A stretch of DNA of 64,000 bases from the human T2T-CHM13v2.0 reference genome, Homo sapiens: NCBI RefSeq assembly GCF_009914755.1, contig NC_060934.1; one strand, given 5' to 3'. A program made the position numbers and the translations under genes. The notes under the pieces were generated by a model that was not told the origin of the DNA, did no database searches, and was given only the letters and a program-made list of their open reading frames with translations. The stretch's first letter is position 1. Each line of letters begins with the position of its first letter. Positions 13,130-26,639 of this stretch are shown one piece after another.

Positions 13130-13562
13130 AGAATAGCTGGGTGGTTCTGACTCAGGGTCTCTCATAAGGCTACAGTCAAGCTCTCAGCAGGGGCTCCAGT
13201 CATCTCAAGGTTTGAATGGGGCTGGAGGATTCACTTCCAAGGGAGCTCACCCATGTGCCTGGCAAGTTGGTGCTGGCTGTGGGCAGGAGGCCTCAGTTCC
13301 TCACCAGGGGGACCTCTTCATAGGGTGGCTTGAGTATCCTCACAACATGGCAGCTGGCTTTCTGGAGAGCGAGTGACCCAAGAGAGAACAAGGTGAAAGC
13401 AACGGCTTTTCTGACCCAGCCTGAGATGTCACACTCCAACATTTCCACAATGTACTGTTGCTTACACAGGGCAGCCTTATTTGATACAGAGGGGACTATA
13501 CAAGAATGCAAGTATCCAGAGGCAAGGACCATTGGGGGGCATTTGAAATGCTGGCAACCACC
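13130..13562 (-). mobile_element. MLT1F-like MaLR LTR (partial)
   Basis: 'ggcaagttggtgctggctgtgggcaggaggcctcagttcctc...tcctcacaacatggcagctggcttt'; homologous to the copy at 57232-57760. Confidence 0.8.
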
Positions 13563-13694
13563 CCTGGCCTCAGTGTCCTCACCAATAAGGGGCAATCGTG
13601 CCTGCTCAATTGCCTCACTGTAGGAATAAAAGGAGATCCTTTGTGGGAAGGATGGGAAGTGCCGTAGCAGTTAGGAGCTCAGGGATAAGACAGG

Positions 13695-14188
13695 TGTGAT
13701 GGTTAATTTTATATGTCAACTTGATCGCTAAGGGATGCTCAGCTGGCCGGGTGCATCTGTGAGGGTGTTTCCAGAAGAGATTAGCAATTGAATCAGTGAG
13801 CTGAGTAAAGAAGATCTGCCCTCACCAAAGTGGGTGGGCAGCAGCCAATCCATTTAGGGCCAGACTAGAACAAAAAGGTAGAGGACAGGCGAATTTGCTC
13901 TCTCTATTTGAGCTGGGACATCCGTCTTCTCCTGCCCTCAGACATCAGAGATCCATGTTTTCAGGCCTTCACACTCTAAGGCTTACCCCCAGCAGTCTCT
14001 CCGTCCCTGGTCTCAGGCCTTCAGACCCAGGCTGAATCACAACACTGGCTTCACTGGTTCTCCAACTTGCAGACAGCATATTGTGGGGGCTTCTTTCATA
14101 ATCACGTGAGCCAATTCTCATAATAAATCCCCTGTTATATATCTATATATCCATGGTTCTATTTTTCTTGAGAACTCTAACTAATACG
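13695..14188 (+). mobile_element. MLT2B-like ERVL solo LTR with 5-bp TSD
   Basis: TGTGATGGTTAATTTTATATGTCAACTTG start and CTAACTAATAC(G) end; ACAGG at 13690-13694 and 14189-14193. Confidence 0.9.
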
Positions 14189-14204
14189 ACAGGATAAAAC
14201 AGGG

Positions 14205-14445
14205 TGAGATGTCTGAATTGAGATGTATTGTAAATGTAAAATATACCCCCAGATTCCTAAGACTTAATATGAAAAAGAATGTAAATTATCTCATTAACAT
14301 GTTGAAATGATATTTTGGATAGTGTGTGAAAGACATTTTTTATTAAAATTAATTTTACCTGTTTCTTTTCTTTAGTTAATGGGGCTTCCAGAAAATTTGG
14401 AATGATGTATATGGTTGGCATTCTATTTCTATTGGGCAGCTCTGG
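14205..14445. mobile_element. MER33-like hAT-Charlie fragment
   Basis: 'aattgagatgtattgtaaatgtaaaatatac...ttattaaaattaattttacctgtttctttt...tatttctattgggcagc'. Confidence 0.7.
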
Positions 14446-14955
14446 CCTACACCATGAGCCTGGATGGTGTCCTCATCTGTGTCTCTCCAGAGCTTCCAAA
14501 GGGCTCAATGCAGAGTAGATGCTCAATACACGTCTGAGTGAGTGCTCAGAACACAGTGGATGTCCAAGGAATGTCAAACAGACACCCTGGGGGAGAGGGA
14601 ACTCCATGATCTTTGGAGTCAGACAAATCTGGATTCAAATCCTGGTTCAACTCCTGGTTGGGTGAGTCCCTAACCTTGTGAACCAAAGATTCCACATCTG
14701 CAGAATGGGTCTGCTAGTCCCTGCTCAGCTCCCTCTGCCCAATTCAAAGGTGCAAATGAGGTGTAACTGTGCTGATGGGAGGCCTCGTTGGGCAAGCTCT
14801 TAATATAAGTGCATACTGGCTCAGGCTAAAAGCAGCTCAGGTGTGGGTGGTAGGATGAGGCTGAGGAATGGCAGCGCATGGGCATGTATGCACATACATG
14901 TGGGCCAGCTGCACACTAGCCATATGCTTGCTGTTGGCAGAGCCCCTTTGGTGAA

Positions 14956-15240
<285 letters not shown>

Positions 15241-15849
15241 TGAATCCTGTTGGAGGCAGAGACTACGGACAAAGGGGGTGAGAGTACAGCAGCCTTCCCA
15301 GCACTCTCCTGTATCCTTAGCCCATCCTGGGCAACCCCAACAGCTTGGGGGACACCCCTCCTGACAGTGGAGACTAGTCCCAAGGCAAGAGCACAGGAGC
15401 ATGTCAGAGGGGCAGTCTTCCCCGAACCAGGGGTGTCTCTCCAGGGGCCTTCTGACCCCTCCCCTTTGCTAAGAATCAGCTCCAAGCTCCACACCCCCAT
15501 GTCTGTTCCCAAAGAGACCAGAGGCAAAAGGAAGATGCATTTTCTGTTATCAAGCCACGAAATCCTTATGCTTAATTAAAATGTGCCATGGCAACCAGTG
15601 AGGTGTGTGTAGCCTGGCGTAGAGTGGCCATCACCGCCAAAGGCGATGCCCACGTGCCATCCCTTTGTTCTTGGCTCTGGGAGAGGTGACCACACTGTTC
15701 CCTTTGTGAGCGTGGCCTTTGTCTGCAGCACAGAGCAGAACCGCAGAGCCTCGGTGGGGCTGATGCCTGGGGCCTTCTTTGGGCCAGTGCCCTTGCCAGG
15801 CTGGGAAGCTGGGCAGTCCCAGGGCAGGCATAGCCCAGTGTGTGTCAGC

Positions 15850-16330
15850 TGAGGGCTGTGCTGAGGACACAGGTGTGGTAAGACATGGTCCCTGCACTCT
15901 GGATGCTGCTGAGGGAGACAGACACACAGCCAGATTGCTATGTGACAGGGCTGTAAGACTTTGGTAGGGCATGAGAAGCAAGGTACCATGGAGCCTAGGC
16001 AGGGGCCTGAGGGTGGAATCAGAGGGGCTTCCTGGAGGAGGGGTCATTCGAGTAGTTGAGGACTAGTCAGGAGAAGGGAGGTGAATGTGAGTGAGATCAG
16101 AAGTGAGGAGGGAAGGGATGCTCCTGGCAGAAGGAGGAGCACAAGCCAAGGTGTGGGGTCATGGTGTGCAGGGGCTGGTGCGCAGGTCCAAGCTCCTGGA
16201 CCATAAGGATCAGGAGGAAGTTGCAGGGACTGCGGAGGCTGGAGCAGGATCTTGGAGAGCCTGCGTGCCAGACTGAGAGACCTAGATGTGATGTGATCTG
16301 GGCAACATGAGCAACAGAAGGTGGCTAAGT
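15850..16330 (-). mobile_element. Degenerate L2 fragment
   Basis: 'taagacatggtccctgcactct...ggaatcagaggggcttcctggaggagggg'. Confidence 0.55.
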
Positions 16331-16652
16331 GGATCAGAGTCAGATGAGAGGCTGCTGAACCAGTGGCCACCAGTGTGCCCTGGAGAAACTCAGATGGCTC
16401 CTCTGTCCCCCTGTGAGGCTGACATGTGCAGGGGCCACAGGGGGTCCTGAGGGACAGAGGGGGCGACCTGGGAGAACACTCACTCCCATTACGGAAGGAC
16501 AGCACAAACTGCAAGCCCAGTGAGTGGCAGATCAGCAGGGCCCTAGGAAGGAGGTAGCCCAGCATCCAGGGACCAGAGTCGGTCTTGGAATCAGGTATCA
16601 TTACTGCTGTGTGACCTCAGACAAGTCGCTTAACCCCTCTGGGCTTTGGGTT

Positions 16653-16888
<236 letters not shown>

Positions 16889-19473
16889 GTGTTTCTCATT
16901 TTTAACATGAAGAGGAAATGAAATCACTTGCATGAATGATCTGTTTCATCCACTGACCATGAGTAGAGATCATCAAATATTGACAGAATGAGTAAGGGAA
17001 GGTAGTGTTGACCCACAGCACTGGGCACTCACCAGGCCCAGCAGTTTAAATTGTCAGGAGATGCCAGGAGAGTTGTGACAGCATTGGCTGCAGCAAAAGA
17101 GTCATTAGACTTGAGTTTAAAAGCTAGGAGTGTGAGGTCACTGCAGCTGTCTTAATATCCTAAATTAAAATCATATTAAGGCTTCATGAATGTTCCAGCT
17201 GCTTCTTAGTTGCCTTTGAGCTGCTGCATGAAGAATGGGAGGCCCTTGGGTTGTTTTTCGCAGGCTCCTGGCTTAGACTGGGCAGGAGAAGGCACAGCTG
17301 GGTGTGGCATGCACAGGGCCAAGGTAGGGAGACCAGAAACCTCACTTGGGAAACTTCATGGTCCAGAGACAGAATGTATCTCAGTACAAGGGCTGTTGCT
17401 TGTGTGGGGTAGATTTCCAAGATCTTTTAAAAGCCATCAATATAGAGGCTCCAGAGTCCCTGGACCATGATTATTTAAGTCATTTATTCGACATGAGGCT
17501 CCCTCTCCCGCCTCATCCAATTTACCCTCTGTCTTCTCTAGGTCAGCCTAGAAAGGAGGAACTGATTTTCTTTAAATAAATATGGGTTGCAGCTTATGAT
17601 GCAGAGGGTCTAAGGACGCTTGTGATTTCTCAGTCCCCTTGTAAGGTTTAGGTTTGGAACCGAATTAAAACACCAAAGGCAAGAAGTCTAAAAGGGAGAG
17701 ATGATTCCTGCTGATTCCTTCTGGCACCTGCAGTGCCTGTGACAATCTGCCCCACGGGGAGCCCATGCCACTGAGAGGGAAATGGTTCAATTCAGGACTG
17801 GTAAGAAATTGGGCTCATATACCAGCCATTAGGGAACTTTACTTGATGAGAAAATGAGAACCTTTTGTAGTTGCTAAAGAGAGCACCATTCTTAATTTGA
17901 CCTCTTCTTGGTCATGGGAGATGGGCACTTTATCGGAAACTCAAGTGCTCAGAGTAAGAAGAAAAAGGAAGCCGCTGGTGTGAGGAAGGGAGGCCAGCCG
18001 CATCTTATTCCCTTGTGTCCATGCTGTGTTCTTGGTGTGCGGTCCCTGGAGCAAGTGCAAGGAATAAGACAAAGACATCAGTGACTGTGTCTCCGATGGA
18101 CAGTGACGCTAGTCTTTTGTAAGAGCTACGATGGGACAACATGGGGATGCATGAGAGCTCTCTCATGAGCAGCAGACAAAAACTGTTTTCAGAGCAGGGA
18201 AATCTATATTGGCATTTGGCACAACATTTGAATTATTTGATGAACTAGATAAGGTCTGACATCCTTTTGGTCAGGTTGTTTGCCCAAGGTTTATACATGG
18301 GAACAGTCCAGTTAGACAAGTAGACTGAAGGGAAGTGGGATGAAGTTCAGAAGTGGGGTCTGGGTGGTTTGAGTTCTGCAACTTGATCCATTTTCAGTTG
18401 TTTGAGCTTGAACTATGTACTGTAACTTTTTGGACTTTATTTTTCTGAAAGATGAAACATGTTTCATAAATTTGATTTATAATCAGAATTGTTTCCAGGT
18501 CCAGGTATTATGAGTCCGTAATGATTTCCACTGCCCTAGACTCCCACCAAGGCACAGATTGGCTTCCAGAAAGTTGTTCTGATGATCTCCTCCCTCTAGG
18601 CAGCCAAAGAGCAGCTGCCAATTAATTCAGGGTTAACCGTGTCTATCTGCCTCTCTGGGGAGTGCTGTGGTGTGGTACACAGTTGACTTTATCAGGGCTT
18701 GTTACTTGACAATTTTGAAGGTGGAAAATGTGCTTTAGGACACCATGTATATTGGTCTAAACCACTGACTAGTTTAGTACTTGCAACAAATGGCCTTCAC
18801 AGACAACATTTGAAAGATGCGATTTTGCAGTAGCCAGGGAGAAAGCCCAAGTCTAGAAGGGAAGGAGAGCTTTGAGGGGGCTAGAGTGGTGGGGCGGAAT
18901 TGTTTAAAAGAAGAATTAGAGGAAAAAGAAACAAGAAACTTGCATGCATGCTACTTCCAATCCTGAGACTTTGTGATACAGAGCAGGGAATCAGCTTTAA
19001 TCTGAATGCCTACCAAAAAAGTGGGAGGATCACTCATAATACGAGTAAATTTCTCATATCTAAAACAATGCTCTTCTCAGTTACATGGAGACAGTCACTG
19101 TCAGAACTGAATGGAGTCAGGGTGGCTCTCTGGCCCCTTCCTTATAATCAAATAAAGGACACTTTTAGCAGCCTTAGCCTGTGTGGTAGATTTGTAGGGT
19201 AACTTGTTGGTGACTTTCATTTGAATTTCTTGATTACAAAAGAGGTCAATTACCTTTTTATTAATACATATTTACTGGCATTTAGGTTTCCACTTTGTAA
19301 AATGTCTGTTCAAGTCTTGAAAAAAATACTGAATTGTCTGAGTTTCTCATACTGATTTCTGAGGCTTCTTGATATATTCTGGATGTGAGCCCTTTGTTGG
19401 TTTTATGTGTTGGAAATAATTTCTGCTCTGTGGCTTCCATTTCCTTTCTCTTACTAGTATGTTTTGATAAACA

Positions 19474-20417
19474 GAAACTTTTAATTTGAATGTAATGAAT
19501 GTTACCAATCTTTTGCTTTATAATTAATGTTTTATAATTCTTTCTCACAAAGACAGTCTTCTGTACTATTTTGCCTTTTACATTTAGGTCTATAATCTGC
19601 CTGGAGTTGACTTTTGAGTATAGTGTGACGTAGAGGTCCACTTTAATTTTTTTCATATGGATATCAAATTGTCTCAGCTCTATTTGTTATCCTCCCCCAT
19701 GGATTGGCAGTGCTAGCTTTACAATAAATCAAGTGTCTATACATGCTGGGATTTGTTTCTTGGTTTTATATTCTGTTCCATTGGTCTATTTGTCTCTCTT
19801 TGAGCCAGTATATTGTGCTACATTTAATAACAGTTTTATTTTCTGATCTTAACAGCTAGCAGGAAAAGTACTCTATCTTGTTCAAGAGTTTCTTAACTAT
19901 TCTTGTCCTTTTGCTTTTTCATATAAAATTTAGACTTGCCTTTCAATTTACACAAAATATCTGTTGGGATTTTGCTAATGGTATTGCATTGAATCTATGG
20001 ATCATTTTAGCGAGAAAATTAGTATCTTTGCAATCATTGAGGCTTCCAATCCATGAACATCATGTATACGTAGCACAGTATACTGGCTCAAAGAGAGACA
20101 AATAGACCAATGGAACAGAATATAAAACCAAGAAACAAATCCCAGCATGTATGGACACTTGATTTATTGTAAAGCTAGCACTGCCAATCCATGGGGGAGG
20201 ATAACAAATAGAGCTGAGACAATTTGATATCCATATGAAAAAAATTAAAGTGGACCTCTACGTCACACTATACTCAAAAGTCAACTCCAGGCAGATTATA
20301 GACCTAAATGTAAAAGGCAAAATAGTACAGAAGACTGTCTTTGTGAGAAAGAATTATAAAACATTAATTATAAAGCAAAAGATTGGTAACATTCATTACA
20401 TTCAAATTAAAAGCTTC
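19474..20417. repeat. Near-perfect inverted repeat: 348-bp arms (19474-19821 and 20070-20417), 248-bp spacer
   Basis: Base-by-base comparison gives 345/348 identity, no indels (paired coordinates sum to 39891); the same peptide MKKIKVDLYV... appears on opposite strands in the ORF track. Confidence 0.97.
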
Positions 20418-20432
20418 CATTTACTTAGGTCT

Positions 20433-20549
20433 CTTTTTAACTTTTATTTTAGGTTCAAAGGTATATGTGCAGGTTTGTTACATAGGTAATCTGCATGTTA
20501 TGAAAATTTGGTGTACAGATTATTTTGTCACCCAGGTAAATGCATAGTA
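20433..20549 (-). mobile_element. Very short 5'-truncated old L1PA (PA15/16-like) with 11-bp TSD
   Basis: 'ttttaacttttattttaggttcaaaggtatatgtgcaggtttgttacatagg'; TACTTAGGTCT at 20422-20432 and 20550-20560. Confidence 0.88.
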
Positions 20550-21669
20550 TACTTAGGTCTTCTTTAATAGTTTCATAATTATGTGGTTTTATCCATGGAG
20601 GTCTTGAAGAAGTACTTGCTACTTTTGATGCAACTGAAAATTGTATCATTAAAAATTATTTTTTGTATATAGAAATACAATTATTTTTTATATATTGATT
20701 TTTAAAAAAAATGTAGTAGGCTTGCCGAATTCCATTATTAATTATAATAAACTAAGGATTTTAAAGGATTTTAAAATATAAACAATAGTATCATCCACAA
20801 ATAATGACAGTTTCATGTCTTCCTTTCCAATCCTTACACTATTTATTTATTTGCCTTATTGCACTGGCTAGGACCTCTTGTAAAATGTTCAATAGAAGTA
20901 GTGACAGTGGACATCATTGTCTTGTTTGCAATCTTAAAAATAAAACTCTCATAATTTTACCATTAAGCATAATGTTTGGTGAGAGTGTATATCCTTTATC
21001 AGTTTAGGGAAACTTCCTTCTATTTCTGGTTTATTACAACTTTTTCCTCCCCCCATCATGAAGGATGATGAATATTATCAAATGCTTCTTCTGTACTATG
21101 AAAAAAAGTCACTTAATTTTTTTTCTTTAATCTGTGAATGTGGTAAAATACATGGATTTTTCTAATGTTAAACCAACCTTGAATTCCTGCTCTAAACCCA
21201 ACTTGATCTATATTGCTGGATTTGGTGTGTTAATATTTGTTTAGGATTTTTATATCCATGTGAATGAGAGATTGGGATATGATTTTCTTTTATTGTACTG
21301 TATTTATCAGATTTTCATGATGAAGTTATACTAGCCTAATGAATTGAATATATAGCTACAGTGTTTTAGTTGTAATAGTCTTGCCAGGACACTGCTGTTT
21401 CTGCTAGATATTACCACTGCTACCACTGCTTTCGGATTCTAACTTTCTCTTGTTTATTTTCTCATTTGTTCCAGATTCAAAGTCCTGGGTGGAAGTATCT
21501 GATTGGTTGAGTAGACTATTGGGAGATGGTGAGAGGGAGGCTCAAGTTCTCTTGTTGTTTATGATTAGGAAGGGTATACTGCTTTCCAACAAGGCTGGTG
21601 CGTGTTGTATGCTATACAGATTGTCCTGTCTGCCTCTACCCAAAACCCCACAAATGTCCTGTACAATAA

Positions 21670-21996
<327 letters not shown>

Positions 21997-22038
21997 AGTA
22001 CAGTTATTCTTATGCTCATTAAAGATTAAGAACACTGT

Positions 22039-22531
<493 letters not shown>

Positions 22532-23853
22532 ATTAAGAACACTGAGTTGGACCAAAGGAAGGAATAAAAGAAAATGTATATACAGATTGACAGATTTTTG
22601 GGTGTTCACCCTGTTCTGCATTTAAGATAATCTGAAGTCCCTGGTAGTGAAGTTTGGAATTTGGGTAACCCAAGGGGTTCTTGCTTGCTTGCAGGATTTA
22701 CTCTATTTTAACTCAACATCACCCTCCGTAATCATCATCCTTAATACACATTAAAGCATTGGTGAGTTGTGAGGAGTTAGTGAAGTGATAAATGTGAAAG
22801 CACCATGCACACTATTCAGCACACAGTACCTGCTCAATAAATGATTGTTTTGAGTATTAAACTTCCTTGATAAATTCCACATACAATGGTGTTTTAAAAT
22901 GTTATACAGGAGAGCATGGCTGCTTGCATTTTCAAGTTGACTGCGCAGTGGAGCTAAACAGAAAATGCTGTCCCTCTTGCAGCCTTGGCCACTGGGCTTA
23001 GGATGCCTGGGACAGGTGAATCTTCTCTAATGGTCAGGTTCTAAGGTAGTTCCTAAGTTAAATTTGCATTTGAGATGCCACTGATTTACTTTTTACCACT
23101 AATTATTTTATGGATTTCAAACATGTTTGTCTTTAACTTTCTGTTTTTCAAAAATTATGAGAAGCTTATGTTTCCATTGCTCTTCCCAGGCAGGTGATTG
23201 ATTTTGGATGTATTTGTGATCTCCCCAGTTTCCATCATGGCTGGTTTGCATAAGTCCAGCCACACACCTGTGTATGATATGCCAGGGCATGCTCGAGGTG
23301 GGGGGGTCGGGTTTTTGTCCCCCTCCCTCCCCTACTCCACACCATTGTTAGTGATTCCCAGAAATCTGGTTATTTTTATGGTCTCAACAGAACAGTGTGT
23401 TCAGAAAACAGTAGATCCTGGAGTCTACATCTGGTATATAGAATCCTGGTGTAATCAAGAGCTTCAAGTCCTAAGTCTTTTAAGAGGGCTGCATCTTTAT
23501 TATTTTTTTCTCCAGATTTCTCTTCTAGCTGCCCAGGATCCTCTCAGCCTCTCATGAAGCCCTGGAGATAGAGCTCTTTATCTTCATCTCCATTGAAGAA
23601 CTGGAAATCACAGCACCCCTTAGGCATGGAGGTGTTAGTGTTCTGCTGTTTTAATTGTTCATGAAGTGATGATTGACCCATCCTGAATGTTCAGGGGGTC
23701 TCCCAGTGTGCCCCCTGAACAAAGGAAAATAGTTAATTTAAAGAGTTTTTGTTCATTTGTGAAGATTATTTATTTGGTTATTTTGGGCTCTCTTTTGCTT
23801 GTTCCTGTGATTATAAACATAGCATACATAATTATTAAATGAACACTGTCTCT

Positions 23854-24481
23854 CTTTTTTTTAACTTTTATTTTAAGTTCAGGGGTACATGTGCAGGTTT
23901 GCTACATAGGTAAACGTGGGGTTTACTGTACAGATTATTTCATCACCCAAGTATGAAGCCCAGCACCCATTAGTTATTTTTCCTGATCCTGTCCCTCCTC
24001 CCACCCCCCACCCTCTGATAGGCCCCAGTGTGTGTTGTTCCCCTCTATGTGTCCATGTGTTCTCATCATTTATCTCCCATTCGTAAGTGAGAACATGTGG
24101 TATTTGGTTTTCTGTTCCCATTAGTTTGCTAGGGATAATGGCCTTCAGCTCCATCCACGTCCCTGCAAAGGACATGATCTCATTCCTTTCTATGGCTGCA
24201 CAGAATTCCATGGTGTATATGTACCACATTTTCTTTATCCAGACTATCAGTGATGGGCATTTAGGTTGATTCCATGTCTTTGCTACTGTGACTAGGGCTG
24301 CAATGAACATACATGTGCATGTGTCTTTATAGTAGAACAATTTATATTCCTTTGGGTATATACCCAGTAATTGTATTGCTGGGTCAAATGGTATTTCTGT
24401 CTTTAGGTCTTTGAGGAATCACCACACTGTCTTTCACAATGGTTGAACTAATTTACACTCCCACCAACAGTGTATAAGTGG
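23854..24481 (-). mobile_element. 5'-truncated old L1PA with ORF2p C-terminal remnant
   Basis: ORF 23879..24340 contains FIAAL.TVAKTWNQPKCPS...WIKKMWYIYTME; TSD AATGAACACTGTCTCT/AATGAATACTATCTCT (23838-23853, 24482-24497). Confidence 0.92.
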
Positions 24482-24753
24482 AATGAATACTATCTCTTAA
24501 GAAATGTTTTATTTTTCCTATTTGCAAAAGGCCTATGTTCTTTGTAGAAAGTTCAAATAATATACAGATGTTTGAAATAGAGTATAAATATCTCCTTGCC
24601 CTCTACTTTAGTATTACTCCCTAAAGGGTTACTATTGACCAAAGTTAGGTGTATATTATTCTAGATTTTAGAAATGTAAATAGAAGCTTCATGCACAGCT
24701 ACTTGTGAACACAAACACTCATACCCACACATCCACACAATGCATATATTGAG

Positions 24754-25040
24754 TTTTTTTTTTTTTTTTTTTTTTGAGACAGGGTCTTGTTGTGTTGCCT
24801 AGGCTGGAGTGCAGTGGCATGAGCATAGCTCACTGTAGGCTTGATCTCCTGTGCTTAAACAATCCTCCCGCCTCATAGGTGTGAGCCACCATGCCTGGCT
24901 AATTTTTGTTTTTTAAATGTTTTTGTAGAGATGGGGTCTCATTATGTTGTTCTGGCTGGTCTCATCCTGGGCTCAAGTGATCTTTCTGCTTTGGCTGTCC
25001 AAAGTGGTAGGGTCACAGGCATGAGCCACTGTGCCTGGCC
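24754..25040 (-). mobile_element. AluJ with a small internal deletion, within old L1ME-like sequence
   Basis: Poly(T) then 'gagacagggtcttg...'; right arm lacks 'gcctcccgagtagctgggac'. Confidence 0.9.
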
Positions 25041-26639
25041 TGAGATTTTTTTTCTCCTTGAAAATTGGATCATCCTATAGTAATATTTTTCAGTTCTCTT
25101 TTTTTGATTCCCCAATATATCATGGGTATCTTTCCACTTTAATTAATACTCATTGATCCAGTTCTTTAATGGCTGTATAATAATCTATTTAGTCAATCCC
25201 ATTGTTTTGCTATACCAAATGATGCTGCAGCCAGCTCCTTGTATAGCTGCCCTTGCACAGCTGCGTGAATATCTCTGTTGCATAGATCCCCAGAATAAGA
25301 TAGGACCTTTTAATTAAAGCCCCCAGCACAGGCCACAAGCCTTTAGAGGGTTGCTCCATAAATATTGGTTGATGACAATACTATGTTGTCATATTAATTA
25401 AAACAGGAAAAGACCCATTAGGGCAACAAATGCACATTCACAGGGCAAACTGCTTCTAAGGAAGGCAGACATAACACTTAATATTCTCATCTGCGAAAAG
25501 CCAAACCACATTAAATGTAATAAGTAGCAAGTTGCCTGTGTTCTAGCATGTAAAATATTCCCAAAGGAGTGTTAGCTTGACAGAATGCATAAAGATACTG
25601 CATTAAAGATAAAACAGAGGGACTATTTACCCAGCATATTTACGTAGAAAATATACAATTTGATCTAGATAGAGGCTTTTACTGTATAAATTATTGTGGC
25701 CCCTACTTCAATCACAAACAGCCTTCAAGTTGGGCAATTGCGTTATAGAAAAAGGAGAAGAGAACAGTTTTCAATTGTCTAGAATGAGCTTCAAAAACAG
25801 GCAACTCGGTTCTGATAGAACAATTTAAACTGCCCGTCTCCTTATCTGATGTGGACATCATTTTTCAGAGGGGGCAACCAGCTCGAATTAAATAGTTTTG
25901 CTGCAGACAGTCTGTCTGTCTATTCCCGCCCCCCCGCACTTTCCTTCCCCATGCAGGGTGCTGCAGGCCTCTGCTAATTTAGGAAGATTGGTCTGGGCAG
26001 TGGTAAAGTGAGATGAATAGAAACAACTTTAACAGAGAAAAAAATGAGTGATATTAAAAAAAAAAGAATAATAATGGATAGTCAGAGACTGATTTGACAC
26101 TGGAGACTACATTCCTGCCTGTTTGATTGTCTCATAAAGCCTTTAGAAACCCTGAGCTTTATTTGCAAATGATCTTCACTGTGGACCAAGAGTTCAACAG
26201 GAAAAATAATGAGTAAAATCTATGAGTTGGCTTGAGCCAAATAGGGCTATCGTGCCTTTGTGAGAAGAGGTGAGAGAGAGCATCTCAGAGACCATTTTGA
26301 TCAAATTGCCATGATTCAGGCAGGGGCTGCTTATCTTATTGTCTCAGGTGCTTCCCGGGCCTCCTGCATTCCCCTGGCCTCCTCCCTCCATTTTAACTTA
26401 GGCCGAGTGAGCTGCAGCTGCAAGGACAGGAGGGGTCTCTTCCTCCAGCCCCAGTGGAGCATTTGAGCAGACAGAATGCTGGGGGGTGCAAAGAGCCGGG
26501 TAGGCATTTAGAGAACTTGAAGACATTCAGGGATAGTTTCTTTTCTTTCTTTTTTGTTTTTGATTTGCTACAAGATGCTGCAACTCACAGTCGGCCTAAA
26601 GCTGCCTTTCTTCCCGGCATACAAATGTAAATGTGTATG

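Larger units (their letters stand above)
19200..21345 (-). mobile_element. Ancient L1M (ME/MC-like) ORF2-region fragment, interrupted by an inverted duplication and a small L1PA
   Basis: Degenerate antisense L1 motifs ('ctgttccattggtctatttgtc', 'cttccaatccatgaacat', 'ttgcactggctaggacctc'); ORF 19282..19656 resembles the ORF2p C-terminal region. Confidence 0.85.

Noticed and set aside
16044-16601. Longest ORF in the window (185 aa)
   Set aside because: Overlaps degenerate L2/MIR sequence, has low-information Leu/Pro/Ser composition and no recognisable domain.
18150-18167. Hairpin CATGAGAG-CT-CTCTCATG
   Set aside because: 8-bp arms are expected by chance in 64 kb.
17000-18340. Possible very old L3/CR1 remnant or unannotated exons
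   Set aside because: Similarity is too faint to support by eye; it needs a Dfam HMM search.
19282-20489. Two identical N-terminal peptides suggesting a duplicated gene pair
   Set aside because: Both are decayed L1 ORF2 sequence duplicated by the inverted repeat; reported as DNA structure, not CDS.
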